The notes beneath the pieces are model-generated. The model was given only the letters and a program-made list of their open reading frames with translations. It searched no databases and had not been told where the DNA came from. Made by a program: the position numbers and the translations under genes. DNA of 64,000 nucleotides from an uncultured Bacilli bacterium (GTDB lineage: Bacteria; Bacillota_I; Bacilli_A; RFN20; CAG-288), in contig CALVYN010000001.1 in assembly GCA_944372245.1 (NCBI GenBank), forward strand, positions 616-64,615, given 5' to 3'. Positions 8,812 through 18,333 of this stretch are shown one piece after another (position 1 is the stretch's first letter; every line of letters begins with the position of its first letter).

Positions 8812-11800
8812 ACCGGTGCTTTCCCATACGCCAGACTGGCCAGGCGCGACTCCATCAGAGCGCGGTCCTTGGCCTTGACGCTAGCCACCGTCACGAAGAT
8901 GCCGCCCAGGACCATGCCGATGATGCTGGCCCTGAGACCCAGCTCGAAGCCGGGAGCGGTGTAGGTCAGAAGGTACTCGTGCTCGCCGGGCTGAGCCACG
9001 AAGCCGACGAAGCCGCCGTGCGCCTTGAAGGTCTCCACGTCGGAGAGGACCATCTGGCCATCGTCCCAGCTGACCTCGTGCAGGGTCCAGCCGTCCTCGA
9101 AGGGCTGGTTGAGGACGGTGTATCTGGCCTCGTCGTAGTCGGTCTTGAAGCGGACGCGGTCGGTGGTCCGATCGAGGATCTCGACCGGCTCGGCGTTGAG
9201 CTTGTCCACCGCTAGGGCGTAGTCGCCATAGGACTGGACGTAGACCTTGGGCCGCTCGATCCGCTCGTTCTTCTCCATCGTGTCGTGGAGGACGCCGACG
9301 ATCTTGGCCACGGGCCGGTCGACGTAGAAGCCGTGGGCCGTCTGGTAGTCGGAGTAGGACTGCAGGCCGTCCAGGGGGATCTCCTCGTCGTTCTCGTCGA
9401 CGAACTTCCAGTCGAAGTTCTTGGTCGACTGGACCGAGATGTAGGCCGGGTGCTCCGGGGTGGCATCGGGGGCGAAGAAACTGCCATCTTCGGGCTCGAT
9501 GACCAGCTTGGTCCAATACAGCAGGCCCGTCACATCGGCAGCCGAGGCAGTGTCGTAATCGAACTCGATATCGGCGGGGAAGATGCTGTGACCCAGCGAG
9601 GGGCCGTCGAAGATGGGCTGGCCGTCCGCATCGTAGTCGGTGACGTAGCGGCCGTCGATCCACTGGGCCGCGTAGACCGTCACATCGGAGTCGGAGGAAT
9701 CGTTGTAGATCCTGATCGGGTAGAAGGCCGCGGTCTGGATGCGCAGGTTCCCCTGCGCGTCCTCGACCAGGATGGCCGTGACCTCATGGGCGTTCAAGCC
9801 GATGAAGGTACCCCGGCCCAGACCGTTGGGGAAGTCGAAGGTGAGGCCGTAGCGCTCGTTGGTGAAGGTGTAGCCTCCGTCGGTCCGGGCGCAGTCGAGG
9901 GTGATGTCGTAGGTGCGCTGGCTCCTGAGGTAGGTGAGCTCAGCCTCGTAGACATCGTCGGAGGATGTCGGGGTCAGGCTCACCGAGAGGGTGTCCGAGC
10001 TGCGGAAGTTCTGGCCGGCCGCATAGAACTCGTCGAGATCCCTGAAGGTGATGTCGGTGCCCTCAATAGCCTTCTCCAGCTCGGGCACCTGCTCCTCGTC
10101 CACGATGCCGTAGCGCAGGTAGGCGTACTCGTTGAGGTCCTCGTAGTCGCCGCTGTAGAACGAGCCGGAGGAGAGGACGGAGTCGAAGGGGAAGGCGAAG
10201 TCGACGAAGTCGGTATTCACGTAGAGGCTGCGAGCCACCTGCCAGGTGCTGTCGCCCTCGTAGTTCTTCCGGATGACATCCTGGAGGTTGACCAGCGCCG
10301 CGCGCTCGCTCTCGTCGGCGATCGCCTGGGGGTCGAGGTCCAGGACGTCGACATAGCCGAAGGGCACGTTCTGGTCGATCCTGGGCACCATGTAATACTT
10401 CACGCCCAGGAAGGTCTCCATGTTCACGCGCCTGGCGTGCTCGCCCATGCTCCAGTTCTGGTAGGTGTAGGGGATGTGCGACCAGTCGATGAAGTCCTGG
10501 GCGTTGACGGCGTAGACCGAGTTGAAGGCCGAGAGGCCGGAGTGGCCGATGACCATCGGCAGGTTGGGGTTGTCCCGGGAGGCATCGCCGTTCTGGATGC
10601 GGTAGTAACCCGGGTCGAAATCCTCCAGCGCCGAGACGATCTTCTGCTCGTTCCTCACGACCTCCTGGCCGTAGTTGACGCCGTTGACGTTGACCATGGC
10701 GTCGAGGCTGCCATACCCGTGGTTGTACATGGTCAGGTTGCCCATGATGATGGCCTCGACGCCGACGAGGAAGACGCTGGTGTGGGCGAAGAGCTTCTCC
10801 GACTTCATCATGAAGCGGAGGATGAGGTAGTAGATCAGGGAGATGGCCAGCGAGAGGGGCACCAGCTGGAAGCGGACCTCCCAGTCAGCGACCTGGTCGT
10901 AGACGCTGGGATTGTTCACCACGATGATGTAGGAGTAGACGGAGACGATGATCTGCCCGCTGACCAGCAGGGCGAAGGCGGCATCCAGCGACCACTTGGG
11001 TTTCTCCCTGATCCGGTCGATCTGGCAGCAGGCGAAGGCGATGATCCAGGCGGAGGGCGCGATGAGGAAGCGCGCATAGGGCAGGGTGAAGGCCGAGAAG
11101 AGGTAGTAGAAGAACGGGGTGAAGATGGTGAAGGCGATCAGGATCGCACCGATGATCCAGGAGGGTTTCTTCCTCTTGAAGCCCTCCAGCAGGCCCGAGA
11201 AGGCCATCAGCATGATCGGGGTGAAGACGAAGGAGGAGCCGGAGGAGTTGTCGTACCAGCTCACGCCCAGCAGGTTGGAGGAGTAGCAGCGGGCGGTCAT
11301 GAAGAAGAATCCGGCTCCGGGGTAGCCGTTCTGCAGCTCGCGGTCGAAGTTGAAGATCAGGTCGACAAGGTCCTTGAACCCCTTCCCGTTCTCGCCCTTG
11401 ATGGCCTCCAGCACCTGCTCCAGATAGGAGGCATCCTCGACACGGGGCAGGCCCATGGCCTGGGCGATGCCGGGCAGGAGGATGAAGGCGCAGGAGAGGA
11501 CGCCGATGGCGTAGGAACCCAGGCCCAGGCCGATGACCGCCAGGCGGTTTCCGGCCGTCTCCATGTGCTTCCACTCGGTGAAGTATCTAAAGAGCGCGTA
11601 GAAGGCGGTGGTGATGCAGAAGATGGCCATGAAGAAGTAGTTGGTGATGCCCTGGAGGAACAGCGAGCCGATGAGGAGCCTCGGATCTCGCTTAGCGATG
11701 ACCTGCTCGATGCCCCAGAGGATCAGGGGGAACATCACCAGGGAGTCGAGGAAGTGCTCAAACCAGAGGTAGTACATGACCCAGCCGCAGAAGGCGAAGG

Positions 11801-12332
11801 CCACGGCGCCGACCCGCCGAGAGGAGGCCTTGAGCCCGAAGCTCCGCAGGTAGAGGTAGAAGAAGAAGCCGGCTAGGGTCGTATCGAAGACGTAGCGGAG
11901 CGCCAGAAGGTAGGGGATCCAGTGTCGGGGGAACGGGAGCATCAGGATCTGCTGGATCGAGAAGAGCGAGTAGAAGCTGTTGCCGCCGATATTGTTCGTG
12001 CCGAGCGCGGAGGTCGTATCCCACTGGGGGAAGTGGCCGGTGCGGAAGAACTCATGCCACATGTCGTAGAAGGTGTAGGGGAAGGTCATCTCCTGGAGGT
12101 AGCCATCGCCCGACAGGGGCAGGGTGAACCCGTGGGTGATCCAGCCGTAGCCGAAGATGCAGAAGGCGAAGACCAGGAGCACGGCCCAGGTGATCAGAGC
12201 CTCGCGATAGCGGGTGGCGAAAGCTAGAAGCCTAGCCGCCAGGCGCTTGCCCAGACCCTCGAGGCGCAGATAGAGGCTCTGCGCTGCCGCAGTGAACAGC
12301 TCCGCGGTGAGTGGTGTCTCTCGATCCCTCAT
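8796..12332 (-). CDS. YfhO-family polytopic membrane protein (putative glycosyltransferase), unusually long
   Basis: 1178 aa. The N-terminal ~560 aa is multi-TM with a YfhO-like start (GDGYLQEMTFPYTFYDMWHEFFRTGHFPQWD). A large soluble region and a final C-terminal TM follow. GGAGGA lies before ATG 12332. Confidence 0.75.
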   Translation of the reverse strand: MRDRETPLTAELFTAAAQSLYLRLEGLGKRLAARLLAFATRYREALITWAVLLVFAFCIFGYGWITHGFTLPLSGDGYLQEMTFPYTFYDMWHEFFRTGHFPQWDTTSALGTNNIGGNSFYSLFSIQQILMLPFPRHWIPYLLALRYVFDTTLAGFFFYLYLRSFGLKASSRRVGAVAFAFCGWVMYYLWFEHFLDSLVMFPLILWGIEQVIAKRDPRLLIGSLFLQGITNYFFMAIFCITTAFYALFRYFTEWKHMETAGNRLAVIGLGLGSYAIGVLSCAFILLPGIAQAMGLPRVEDASYLEQVLEAIKGENGKGFKDLVDLIFNFDRELQNGYPGAGFFFMTARCYSSNLLGVSWYDNSSGSSFVFTPIMLMAFSGLLEGFKRKKPSWIIGAILIAFTIFTPFFYYLFSAFTLPYARFLIAPSAWIIAFACCQIDRIREKPKWSLDAAFALLVSGQIIVSVYSYIIVVNNPSVYDQVADWEVRFQLVPLSLAISLIYYLILRFMMKSEKLFAHTSVFLVGVEAIIMGNLTMYNHGYGSLDAMVNVNGVNYGQEVVRNEQKIVSALEDFDPGYYRIQNGDASRDNPNLPMVIGHSGLSAFNSVYAVNAQDFIDWSHIPYTYQNWSMGEHARRVNMETFLGVKYYMVPRIDQNVPFGYVDVLDLDPQAIADESERAALVNLQDVIRKNYEGDSTWQVARSLYVNTDFVDFAFPFDSVLSSGSFYSGDYEDLNEYAYLRYGIVDEEQVPELEKAIEGTDITFRDLDEFYAAGQNFRSSDTLSVSLTPTSSDDVYEAELTYLRSQRTYDITLDCARTDGGYTFTNERYGLTFDFPNGLGRGTFIGLNAHEVTAILVEDAQGNLRIQTAAFYPIRIYNDSSDSDVTVYAAQWIDGRYVTDYDADGQPIFDGPSLGHSIFPADIEFDYDTASAADVTGLLYWTKLVIEPEDGSFFAPDATPEHPAYISVQSTKNFDWKFVDENDEEIPLDGLQSYSDYQTAHGFYVDRPVAKIVGVLHDTMEKNERIERPKVYVQSYGDYALAVDKLNAEPVEILDRTTDRVRFKTDYDEARYTVLNQPFEDGWTLHEVSWDDGQMVLSDVETFKAHGGFVGFVAQPGEHEYLLTYTAPGFELGLRASIIGMVLGGIFVTVASVKAKDRALMESRLASLAYGKAPVWRKD

Positions 12333-12389
12333 GCTCGTTCCTCCTCGCTCGCTAAAGACGCTCTAAGCCCAAATTATATAGAACCGAGA

Positions 12390-12419
12390 CGAAAAAACCC
12401 TCGGATATATATCCGAGGG
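12390..12419 (-). terminator. Rho-independent terminator
   Basis: 9-bp stem CCCTCGGAT / ATCCGAGGG with a 4-nt loop. The minus strand is followed by TTTTTTC. Confidence 0.75.
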
Positions 12420-12429
12420 TCGCTGAGCG

Positions 12430-12996
12430 CTAGTAGTTGGCCAGCTTCTTGCCGATCTTGACCGAGCGGTCGAAGCGGCGGGAGGCGATGTGGCCGGAGA
12501 TGGCCCTGGCAATGAAGGGCACACCCAGGAAGAGGAAGAGGAAGACCAGGGGCAGGATGAAGCCCAGGCCATCGTAGACGCCCATCAGGGCCACGCTGCC
12601 GATGAAGCTGCGGGAGATGACGGCCGCCCTGAAGCCGACCAGGATGCCGACGATGCCGACCGCCTCGATCACGTCGCCGACGAAGAGCGAAGCGAGCTTC
12701 TGCCGGCGGGAGAAGAGGGGCACGACGGGACCCAGGATCAGGAAGGCGAAGAAGATGCCGAGCCAGTAGTTGGCCCGGCCGCCCTCGAAGGTGCCAAAGA
12801 CCAGCTGGAAGAGGTTGTACTCCTGCGTCACACCCTGGAAGGTCACGGTGCAGAAGGGCAGGACGAACAGCGCCAGCAGGCCCCAGCCGATCAGAGTCGA
12901 CAGGAGCATGGGCCAGACGGGACGATACTTGTCCACCGTCATCTCGAGGTCAGCCCGGACGGCTTTGGCCTCCGCTCTCTTTTGCTTGTCAGTCAT
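12430..12996 (-). CDS. Membrane protein, unknown function
   Basis: 188 aa with 4-5 hydrophobic segments and GC3-rich codon usage. No motif recognised. Confidence 0.55.
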   Translation of the reverse strand: MTDKQKRAEAKAVRADLEMTVDKYRPVWPMLLSTLIGWGLLALFVLPFCTVTFQGVTQEYNLFQLVFGTFEGGRANYWLGIFFAFLILGPVVPLFSRRQKLASLFVGDVIEAVGIVGILVGFRAAVISRSFIGSVALMGVYDGLGFILPLVFLFLFLGVPFIARAISGHIASRRFDRSVKIGKKLANY

Positions 12997-13043
12997 GAGG
13001 ATGTACCCCCTTTACAGATAATCTTTTTATATTTTAAGGCAAA

Positions 13044-14000
13044 CTAACCCTGCTTGCGCAGACGGAAGATATCGGCCCAGTTCTTCGTGCCGCTCTCCAT
13101 CTTGGAGATGATGGGGCCATCGCCCAGAACGACCATGCCGTAGCCGTTGCGGCCCAGGTGAACGGTGAAGAGGGGACCGACCTCGGAGATCTCGGAGAAG
13201 CTCAGATTCTTGACCACCTCGAGGACCTTCCTCTTGAGGTTGGCCACCTGGTCCTCGTCGCCGAGGTTGATAAAGCGCACGTAGATGCGCTTGAACTTCT
13301 CGGCGAACTCGCGCACGCGCTCGACCATGTAGGCGTCGACATCGTTGAAGGTGCGGGCCTTCTTTTCCACATCCAGACCGCCGGTGTCGGGGCTGACACC
13401 GATGATGGGCTTGATCCTGAGCAGGGTGCCGATGGCGAAGGAGAGCTTGGACAGGCGGCCGCCGCGATAGAGGTGGTCCAGCGAGCCCAGGGTCCAGATC
13501 TGGGAGGAGGAGCTGGCCAGCTCGTTGAGCTTGGCCGCGTAGCTCGCACCGGTCACACCCGCCTCCTTCAGATAGGGAATCGAGATGTTGAGCAGGGCAC
13601 TGACACCGAAGTTGGCCAGCGGGGCATCGACGAGGTGGACGTGCTTGTCCAGACCGCCCTCGAGGCTGGCCGCCGCCACCTTGGCGGCCTGGTAGGTTCC
13701 AGAGACGCCCTTAGTCATCGGCACGCAGACGATGTCCTTGTAGCCCTTGGCGAAGACCTCCTCGAAGCACTTCTTGAAATCGCCAGCGCTGGGGCAGGCC
13801 GTCTTGCAGGGCTTGTCGTCGTAGCCCGCGACGATCTCCTCGACCGTCCACTCGGGCTCGGGACGGGTCTCGGTTCCCAGGGTGATGTAGAGGGGGACAC
13901 GCTGAACCTCGATGAGCGCAGCGTACTCCGGATCGACAACAGTGGTGCTATCAAGAACGAGAGCGAAGTCGAGCTTTCTCACAGCGGTGTTCTCGGACAT
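13044..14000 (-). CDS. DegV-family fatty-acid-binding protein
   Basis: DegV-like N-terminus (FALVLDSTTVVD) and typical length (318 aa). ATG 14000 is preceded by GAGGAGG. The longer track start at 14042 lacks an SD. Confidence 0.8.
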   Translation of the reverse strand: MSENTAVRKLDFALVLDSTTVVDPEYAALIEVQRVPLYITLGTETRPEPEWTVEEIVAGYDDKPCKTACPSAGDFKKCFEEVFAKGYKDIVCVPMTKGVSGTYQAAKVAAASLEGGLDKHVHLVDAPLANFGVSALLNISIPYLKEAGVTGASYAAKLNELASSSSQIWTLGSLDHLYRGGRLSKLSFAIGTLLRIKPIIGVSPDTGGLDVEKKARTFNDVDAYMVERVREFAEKFKRIYVRFINLGDEDQVANLKRKVLEVVKNLSFSEISEVGPLFTVHLGRNGYGMVVLGDGPIISKMESGTKNWADIFRLRKQG

Positions 14001-14216
14001 AGGCAAACCTCCTCGAGAAATGGTGTTTTCTTGTTGCTCCAATTTTACCCGATATATTGTTAAGAAATAAAAATTTATGTCTAACTAAAGTAGTTTCAAT
14101 AGTTCTTAAACGCGATGGGGGTTGACTAGGTTAGACGCCTAGACTACCATTCTATTGCTCAAGAGATTGAGCCCTAAACTAGCTAACGATTACTAACATT
14201 AAATTCCTTTTGCTCG

Positions 14217-14252
14217 CTCCGGGTGTGGAAACACATCCGGAGTTTTTATTTT
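14217..14252 (+). terminator. Orphan plus-strand intrinsic terminator with no annotated plus-strand gene upstream
   Basis: CTCCGGGTGTG-GAAA-CACATCCGGAG (11 bp, one G-U pair) followed by TTTTTATTTT. The minus-strand reading has no U-tract. Confidence 0.6.
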
Positions 14253-14292
14253 CAAAATCGGCCTTAAACTTTCATTGAGATAGTTAAGTTGT

Positions 14293-14328
14293 GAATTAAA
14301 ATAGGAGCATTAGCTCCTACTTTTTTCT
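14293..14328. terminator. Bidirectional hairpin terminator downstream of the pmbA-like gene
   Basis: TAGGAGC-ATTA-GCTCCTA, flanked by an A-rich tract on the left and TTTTTT on the right. Confidence 0.6.
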
Positions 14329-14352
14329 TGATTTAATCTTGCTTAGATTTGC

Positions 14353-15696
14353 CTACTCAGCGCGCTGGCCGGGGATGCGGAACCAGGGAGTCAGACAGCC
14401 GTAGAAATCGCCGCGCTCGCGGGAGATCTCGTCGATCTTCTGGCAGGCCTCGGCCGCATTGCCGAGCAGGGTGCCGCTGACCGGGGTCTGGCGCTGGCCC
14501 TCGTGGACGATCCAGCCGGTGAAGGGGATGCGGTAGTCCAGAGTCTCGGGATCGACGCTCAGCTCTCTGGTGTTGTCAATCTCCTCAAGGATGAGACCCT
14601 CGCCCATGCTGCTGACCATCTCAGCCACGCCGGTGGCCGAAGGGGTCACGACCAGGTACTGGCAGCGGCAGTCATCGCCCAGACCGGCACAGCCGTTGGT
14701 CTTGCCGCCGTTCTTCTCCGCGTACTCGCAGTTGAGGAAGAGGCAGCGCAGGCGGCCTCTGTCGATGGCCATGAACTTCTCGGTGGGGGTGCCCTCCATA
14801 TCGAAGGGGCGGGCGAAGTCGGAGGCGGTGAAGGGGTCGTTGAGCACGATCAGCGTCTCGGAGAAGACGTCGGTTCCCAGCTTGCCCTGATAGACCGACT
14901 TGCCCTCAGCGATGCGCTTGCCGTCGAGGTGGCTGCAGGCCGCTGACAGGATGATGGCTGCCGCCTGAGGGCAGACCAGCACCGAGCCCTCGAAGGGCTC
15001 AGCCAGCGGAGTCAGACCCAGCTTGTTCGTGGCCAGGCGGACCACCGTCCGAGCTAAAAGCCCCTCGTCGATATTCTCCAAGCTCTTGCGCACGGGCAGG
15101 GAGGCGGAGGCTTTAACCTTCTCCTTGCCATGGGTAAGCTCCACCTCAGCCGCCAGCTTCAAGCCGTCGCGGCGGAAGCTTACGGAGGCGATGACGCCGG
15201 GCTCGAGGGAGGGATCGTAGCTGTACATCGTGGTGTGGCCCACGAAGTGGATCAGGTAGACAGACTGGCTCGAGATCTCGGATGAGGTCTCCTGGATACG
15301 CTTGGCGGTCTTCTCAGCCACCGCGGGCATCAGGTTGGGCGGCAGCTTGTCGAACTTGGACGAATAGGCATCGGACTTGCCCAGCCTCACGCCGGGCTTT
15401 AAGAACCAGGAGGCGCTGTAGGGACGGCCCTTGGCGCAGGCCCTAGACAGCTTCTTCGCCAGGGCGGTCGGGTCGAGGTCGTCGTCGACATCCTCGAGGT
15501 GGATCTCGGCGAGCTTACCATTCTTCAGGCCAGCCGCATCGAGGACATATTTGGTATCCAGCGTCTCGCTGCCACTTCCATCTTTGAGGGTGTAGATCTG
15601 AACGGTGTCGACAGCGAGGGTAAACCGAGCCGCTTCCAAGCCGGCCTCGCGGCTGGCGTTCAGCAGATTCTCCAATAGCGTCTTCTCATCTTCCAT
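14353..15696 (-). CDS. TldD/PmbA-family metalloprotease homologue; single copy in this window
   Basis: 447 aa with overall TldD/PmbA-like length and layout. The call rests on family resemblance, not a sharp motif. Confidence 0.65.
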   Translation of the reverse strand: MEDEKTLLENLLNASREAGLEAARFTLAVDTVQIYTLKDGSGSETLDTKYVLDAAGLKNGKLAEIHLEDVDDDLDPTALAKKLSRACAKGRPYSASWFLKPGVRLGKSDAYSSKFDKLPPNLMPAVAEKTAKRIQETSSEISSQSVYLIHFVGHTTMYSYDPSLEPGVIASVSFRRDGLKLAAEVELTHGKEKVKASASLPVRKSLENIDEGLLARTVVRLATNKLGLTPLAEPFEGSVLVCPQAAAIILSAACSHLDGKRIAEGKSVYQGKLGTDVFSETLIVLNDPFTASDFARPFDMEGTPTEKFMAIDRGRLRCLFLNCEYAEKNGGKTNGCAGLGDDCRCQYLVVTPSATGVAEMVSSMGEGLILEEIDNTRELSVDPETLDYRIPFTGWIVHEGQRQTPVSGTLLGNAAEACQKIDEISRERGDFYGCLTPWFRIPGQRAE

Positions 15697-15839
15697 GCTT
15701 CACCCCTTTCTGCGGTAGGAGCGGTCGAATAGTTGGAACCCGCATCGGTAGACCATTCAAAAAACTTCCTCAAACTCTTTAATATTATACGGCTTAAAGG
15801 GGTTCGGTTGCGCTTACACCCACCCGAAGGGAGGCCGGA

Positions 15840-16259
15840 ATGAAGGAGAAGAGCGTCGGAGCAGTTATTTACAGAGTGGCTGAAGATGGAAAGCGTCTCT
15901 ACCTTGTTCAGCGGATGAACCTGGGCCACTACTCCATCTGCAAGGGCCACGTCGAAGGCGATGAGACCGAGGTCGAGACGGCCACTAGAGAGATCCGGGA
16001 GGAGACGGGACTCGAGGTCGCCATCGACACCAACTTCCGCCACATCATCACCTACAGCCCCACCCCCGGCGTCATGAAGGATGTGGTCTTCTTCGTCGCC
16101 AGATACAGCGGAGACCAGATTCCGGCGGACAATCACGACGACGAGGTCAAATTCCAGAGCTGGTTCCCCCTGGACCAGGCTCTCCAGCTGATCACCCACG
16201 AGAGCGACAGGGAGACGGTCATCCTAGCGGATCAGTACCTTCAGAGCCAAGAAAAGTAA
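15840..16259 (+). CDS. Nudix hydrolase
   Basis: Nudix box GHVEGDETEVETATREIREETGL (Gx5Ex7REUxEExGU). 139 aa. Confidence 0.85.
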   Translation: MKEKSVGAVIYRVAEDGKRLYLVQRMNLGHYSICKGHVEGDETEVETATREIREETGLEVAIDTNFRHIITYSPTPGVMKDVVFFVARYSGDQIPADNHDDEVKFQSWFPLDQALQLITHESDRETVILADQYLQSQEK

Positions 16260-16292
16260 GTTCAAAACAAGTTAAATATATAAATAACAACT

Positions 16293-16321
16293 TAAAAACC
16301 ACCCGGACAGGGTGGCTTTTA
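16293..16321. terminator. Bidirectional terminator between convergent genes
   Basis: AAAAACCACCC-GGACA-GGGTGGCTTTT. Confidence 0.7.
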
Positions 16322-16344
16322 AGTTCAGCTTATCTGAAGCGAGA

Positions 16345-17337
16345 CTACTTCTCGATGACGCGATACTCGATCCAGTGGTCGATGGGCTTCTCGGGAGTCA
16401 GAGTGATCTCGTCGATGTTGAGCAGGAACATCTGAGGCTCGAGGGCGATGGCACGGCGCTTGTGGGCCATCTCGGTGCCGTTGTCGAACTTGACGGGGGT
16501 GCAGGAGTTATCGACATAGATGTTTATGGCATCCATATCGGTCAGAAGGTCGAGCTTGATCTGGTCGTTTTCCAGGCTGGCCTGAGGCTTCTCGCTGTCG
16601 ACCTCTGTGAACAGGAAGGTGTGGTCGATGGTGCGGGTGACCAGGTTCTCCTCGACCTCATCCATGCTGGCCTTCAGGGTGTGGGGAGTCCTGAAGTCGA
16701 GGCAGGGTAGAATGGGCTTCACGCCGGTGATGAGCTGGCTCTTGCCGTCGTCGTCACCCATCCGATCAGCGTTCATATACAGGGTCTCGCCGCTGACGTC
16801 ATTGTCGTCGCAGAGATCCCAGTAGATGTGGTTGGAGAAGGAGAAGGGGGTGAGGCGGTCGCTCTCGGCGTGGAAGCCGAGGCGGAAGGTGGGTGCGTCA
16901 TCCCTCAGGGTGTAGCTCACCTGAGCCACGACGTTGCCGGGGAAGCCGCACTCCCCATCGGGGCTGTGATAGGTGAAGGTGACAGTGGCCTCGCCCTCGC
17001 CCTCCTTAACCTCGTAGTCCCAGTTGCGGTAGGAGAGGGACTCCATCCTGCCGGCGTGCAGGCAGTCAGCCGGCTCGTTCTGAGGCAGGTTGAGGACCAG
17101 GTCGTGGAAGTGATACTCCAGGGGCAGACGGCCCGCCACGCGGGCCAGGGTCTTGCCGAAGAACTGGTTGGAGTCGGTGAACCCCTCGCGGTCGGAGAGG
17201 ACCAGGGTCAACCTCTTGCCCTTGTACTCGACGGTGTAGACACCCGCACCCACGGTGCAGGTGGTGACCTTCAGGCCCGATTTCGACTCGAGGGTGATCC
17301 AACTGGCTTCTCTGCTCTCTTCTACGGTGTGCTTCAT
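16345..17337 (-). CDS. Aldose 1-epimerase family protein
   Basis: 330 aa. The ECGFPGNVVAQVSYTL segment matches the G(F/Y)PGN...V.Y.L mutarotase signature. Confidence 0.75.
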   Translation of the reverse strand: MKHTVEESREASWITLESKSGLKVTTCTVGAGVYTVEYKGKRLTLVLSDREGFTDSNQFFGKTLARVAGRLPLEYHFHDLVLNLPQNEPADCLHAGRMESLSYRNWDYEVKEGEGEATVTFTYHSPDGECGFPGNVVAQVSYTLRDDAPTFRLGFHAESDRLTPFSFSNHIYWDLCDDNDVSGETLYMNADRMGDDDGKSQLITGVKPILPCLDFRTPHTLKASMDEVEENLVTRTIDHTFLFTEVDSEKPQASLENDQIKLDLLTDMDAINIYVDNSCTPVKFDNGTEMAHKRRAIALEPQMFLLNIDEITLTPEKPIDHWIEYRVIEK

Positions 17338-17528
17338 ACTGATAGTTCCTCTATATAAGCGTTAAAAGTATAGCCGTGGGAAAGGGTATTCCGCCGGCAA
17401 CCGTCTATGGAGATGCTCTTTCGTTCTCGATAATGTTTGAGTAAACAGGCTTGAGTTTTAGCCTTTTCGTGATTTCTAACTATTTTTACCGCCTAAAATA
17501 ATCCAGCCAACGAGGAGGAAGATTCAAT

Positions 17529-18173
17529 ATGTCAGAGAACAAGACCACCGGCAAGCTGACCGTCAGGGGCGAGGGGCGCGTGACCGCCACTCCCGATATC
17601 GCCGACATCACCATCGTCGTGGAGGTCCGCGGTGCGACCACCGCCGAGGCCTACAACAACGCCAGGCAGGCCACCGCCAAGATCGCCCAGGCCCTGAGCA
17701 AGTCCAAGATCGACCGCCAGGAGCTGAAGGTCTCCTCCGTGGATGTCAGACCGGAGTATCAGACCGTCACCGAGAACGGCCAGACCACCAGGAAGATGGT
17801 CGGCTACCTCGCCAGCGAGAACTACTCCGTCTCCGTCCCCACCGCCGATGACGTCCACGTGACCCTCATCTCCAACGTGGCCAAGCTCTGCCCCGAGGCG
17901 CGGGCAGACCTCTCCTTCCGTCTGGGCACCGCCACCGGCTTAGAGAAGGAGGCCCTGCGCCTGGCTGCCAAGAACGCCGCCAGCTCGGCCAAGGTCCTGG
18001 CCAAGAGCCTGGATGTCTCCATCGTCGGCATCGAGTCCATCGTCAAGGATGACAGCCCTGCGCCCTATGCGCCCCGCCGGGCGATGATGATGGCAGCCGC
18101 CGTCAACGACCAGGCCAACCCCGCCGAGCTGGAGGTGACCGCCGGCGTCACCGTCACCTTCCTGGTGCGATAG
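17529..18173 (+). CDS. SIMPL (DUF541) domain protein
   Basis: N-terminal LTVRGEGRVTATPDIADITIVV is the typical SIMPL start. GAGGAGGA lies upstream of ATG 17529. Confidence 0.7.
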   Translation: MSENKTTGKLTVRGEGRVTATPDIADITIVVEVRGATTAEAYNNARQATAKIAQALSKSKIDRQELKVSSVDVRPEYQTVTENGQTTRKMVGYLASENYSVSVPTADDVHVTLISNVAKLCPEARADLSFRLGTATGLEKEALRLAAKNAASSAKVLAKSLDVSIVGIESIVKDDSPAPYAPRRAMMMAAAVNDQANPAELEVTAGVTVTFLVR

Positions 18174-18227
18174 AGATCATCAGCATCAGAAGTCCCTGTT
18201 TAATTCCAGGTGAATTCTACCGAACTG

Positions 18228-18257
18228 CTCTGAAGCCATGGCTTCAGGGTTTTTTTA
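18228..18257 (+). terminator. Rho-independent terminator
   Basis: CTGAAGC-CATG-GCTTCAG followed by GGTTTTTTTA. Confidence 0.75.
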
Positions 18258-18333
18258 TCGTTTTGAAAATCCCAAAAAATGAATAAAGGTTGCTGCTCAT
18301 TCCAATCAGAGATCGGGATTATGCAACAGCTTT

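Noticed and set aside
14115-14216. GGGGGTTGACTAGGTTAGAC… resembles the 5' end of tmRNA (GGGG..G..A..GGATTCGAC), and a short A-N-D-Y-stop reading resembles a tag.
   Set aside because: There is no T-arm (GGTTCGA-type) or matching 3' acceptor strand/CCA within reach. Only about 140 nt lie before the terminator. The tag reading does not end in the usual hydrophobic (…LAA-like) residues. It is treated only as part of a possible sRNA.
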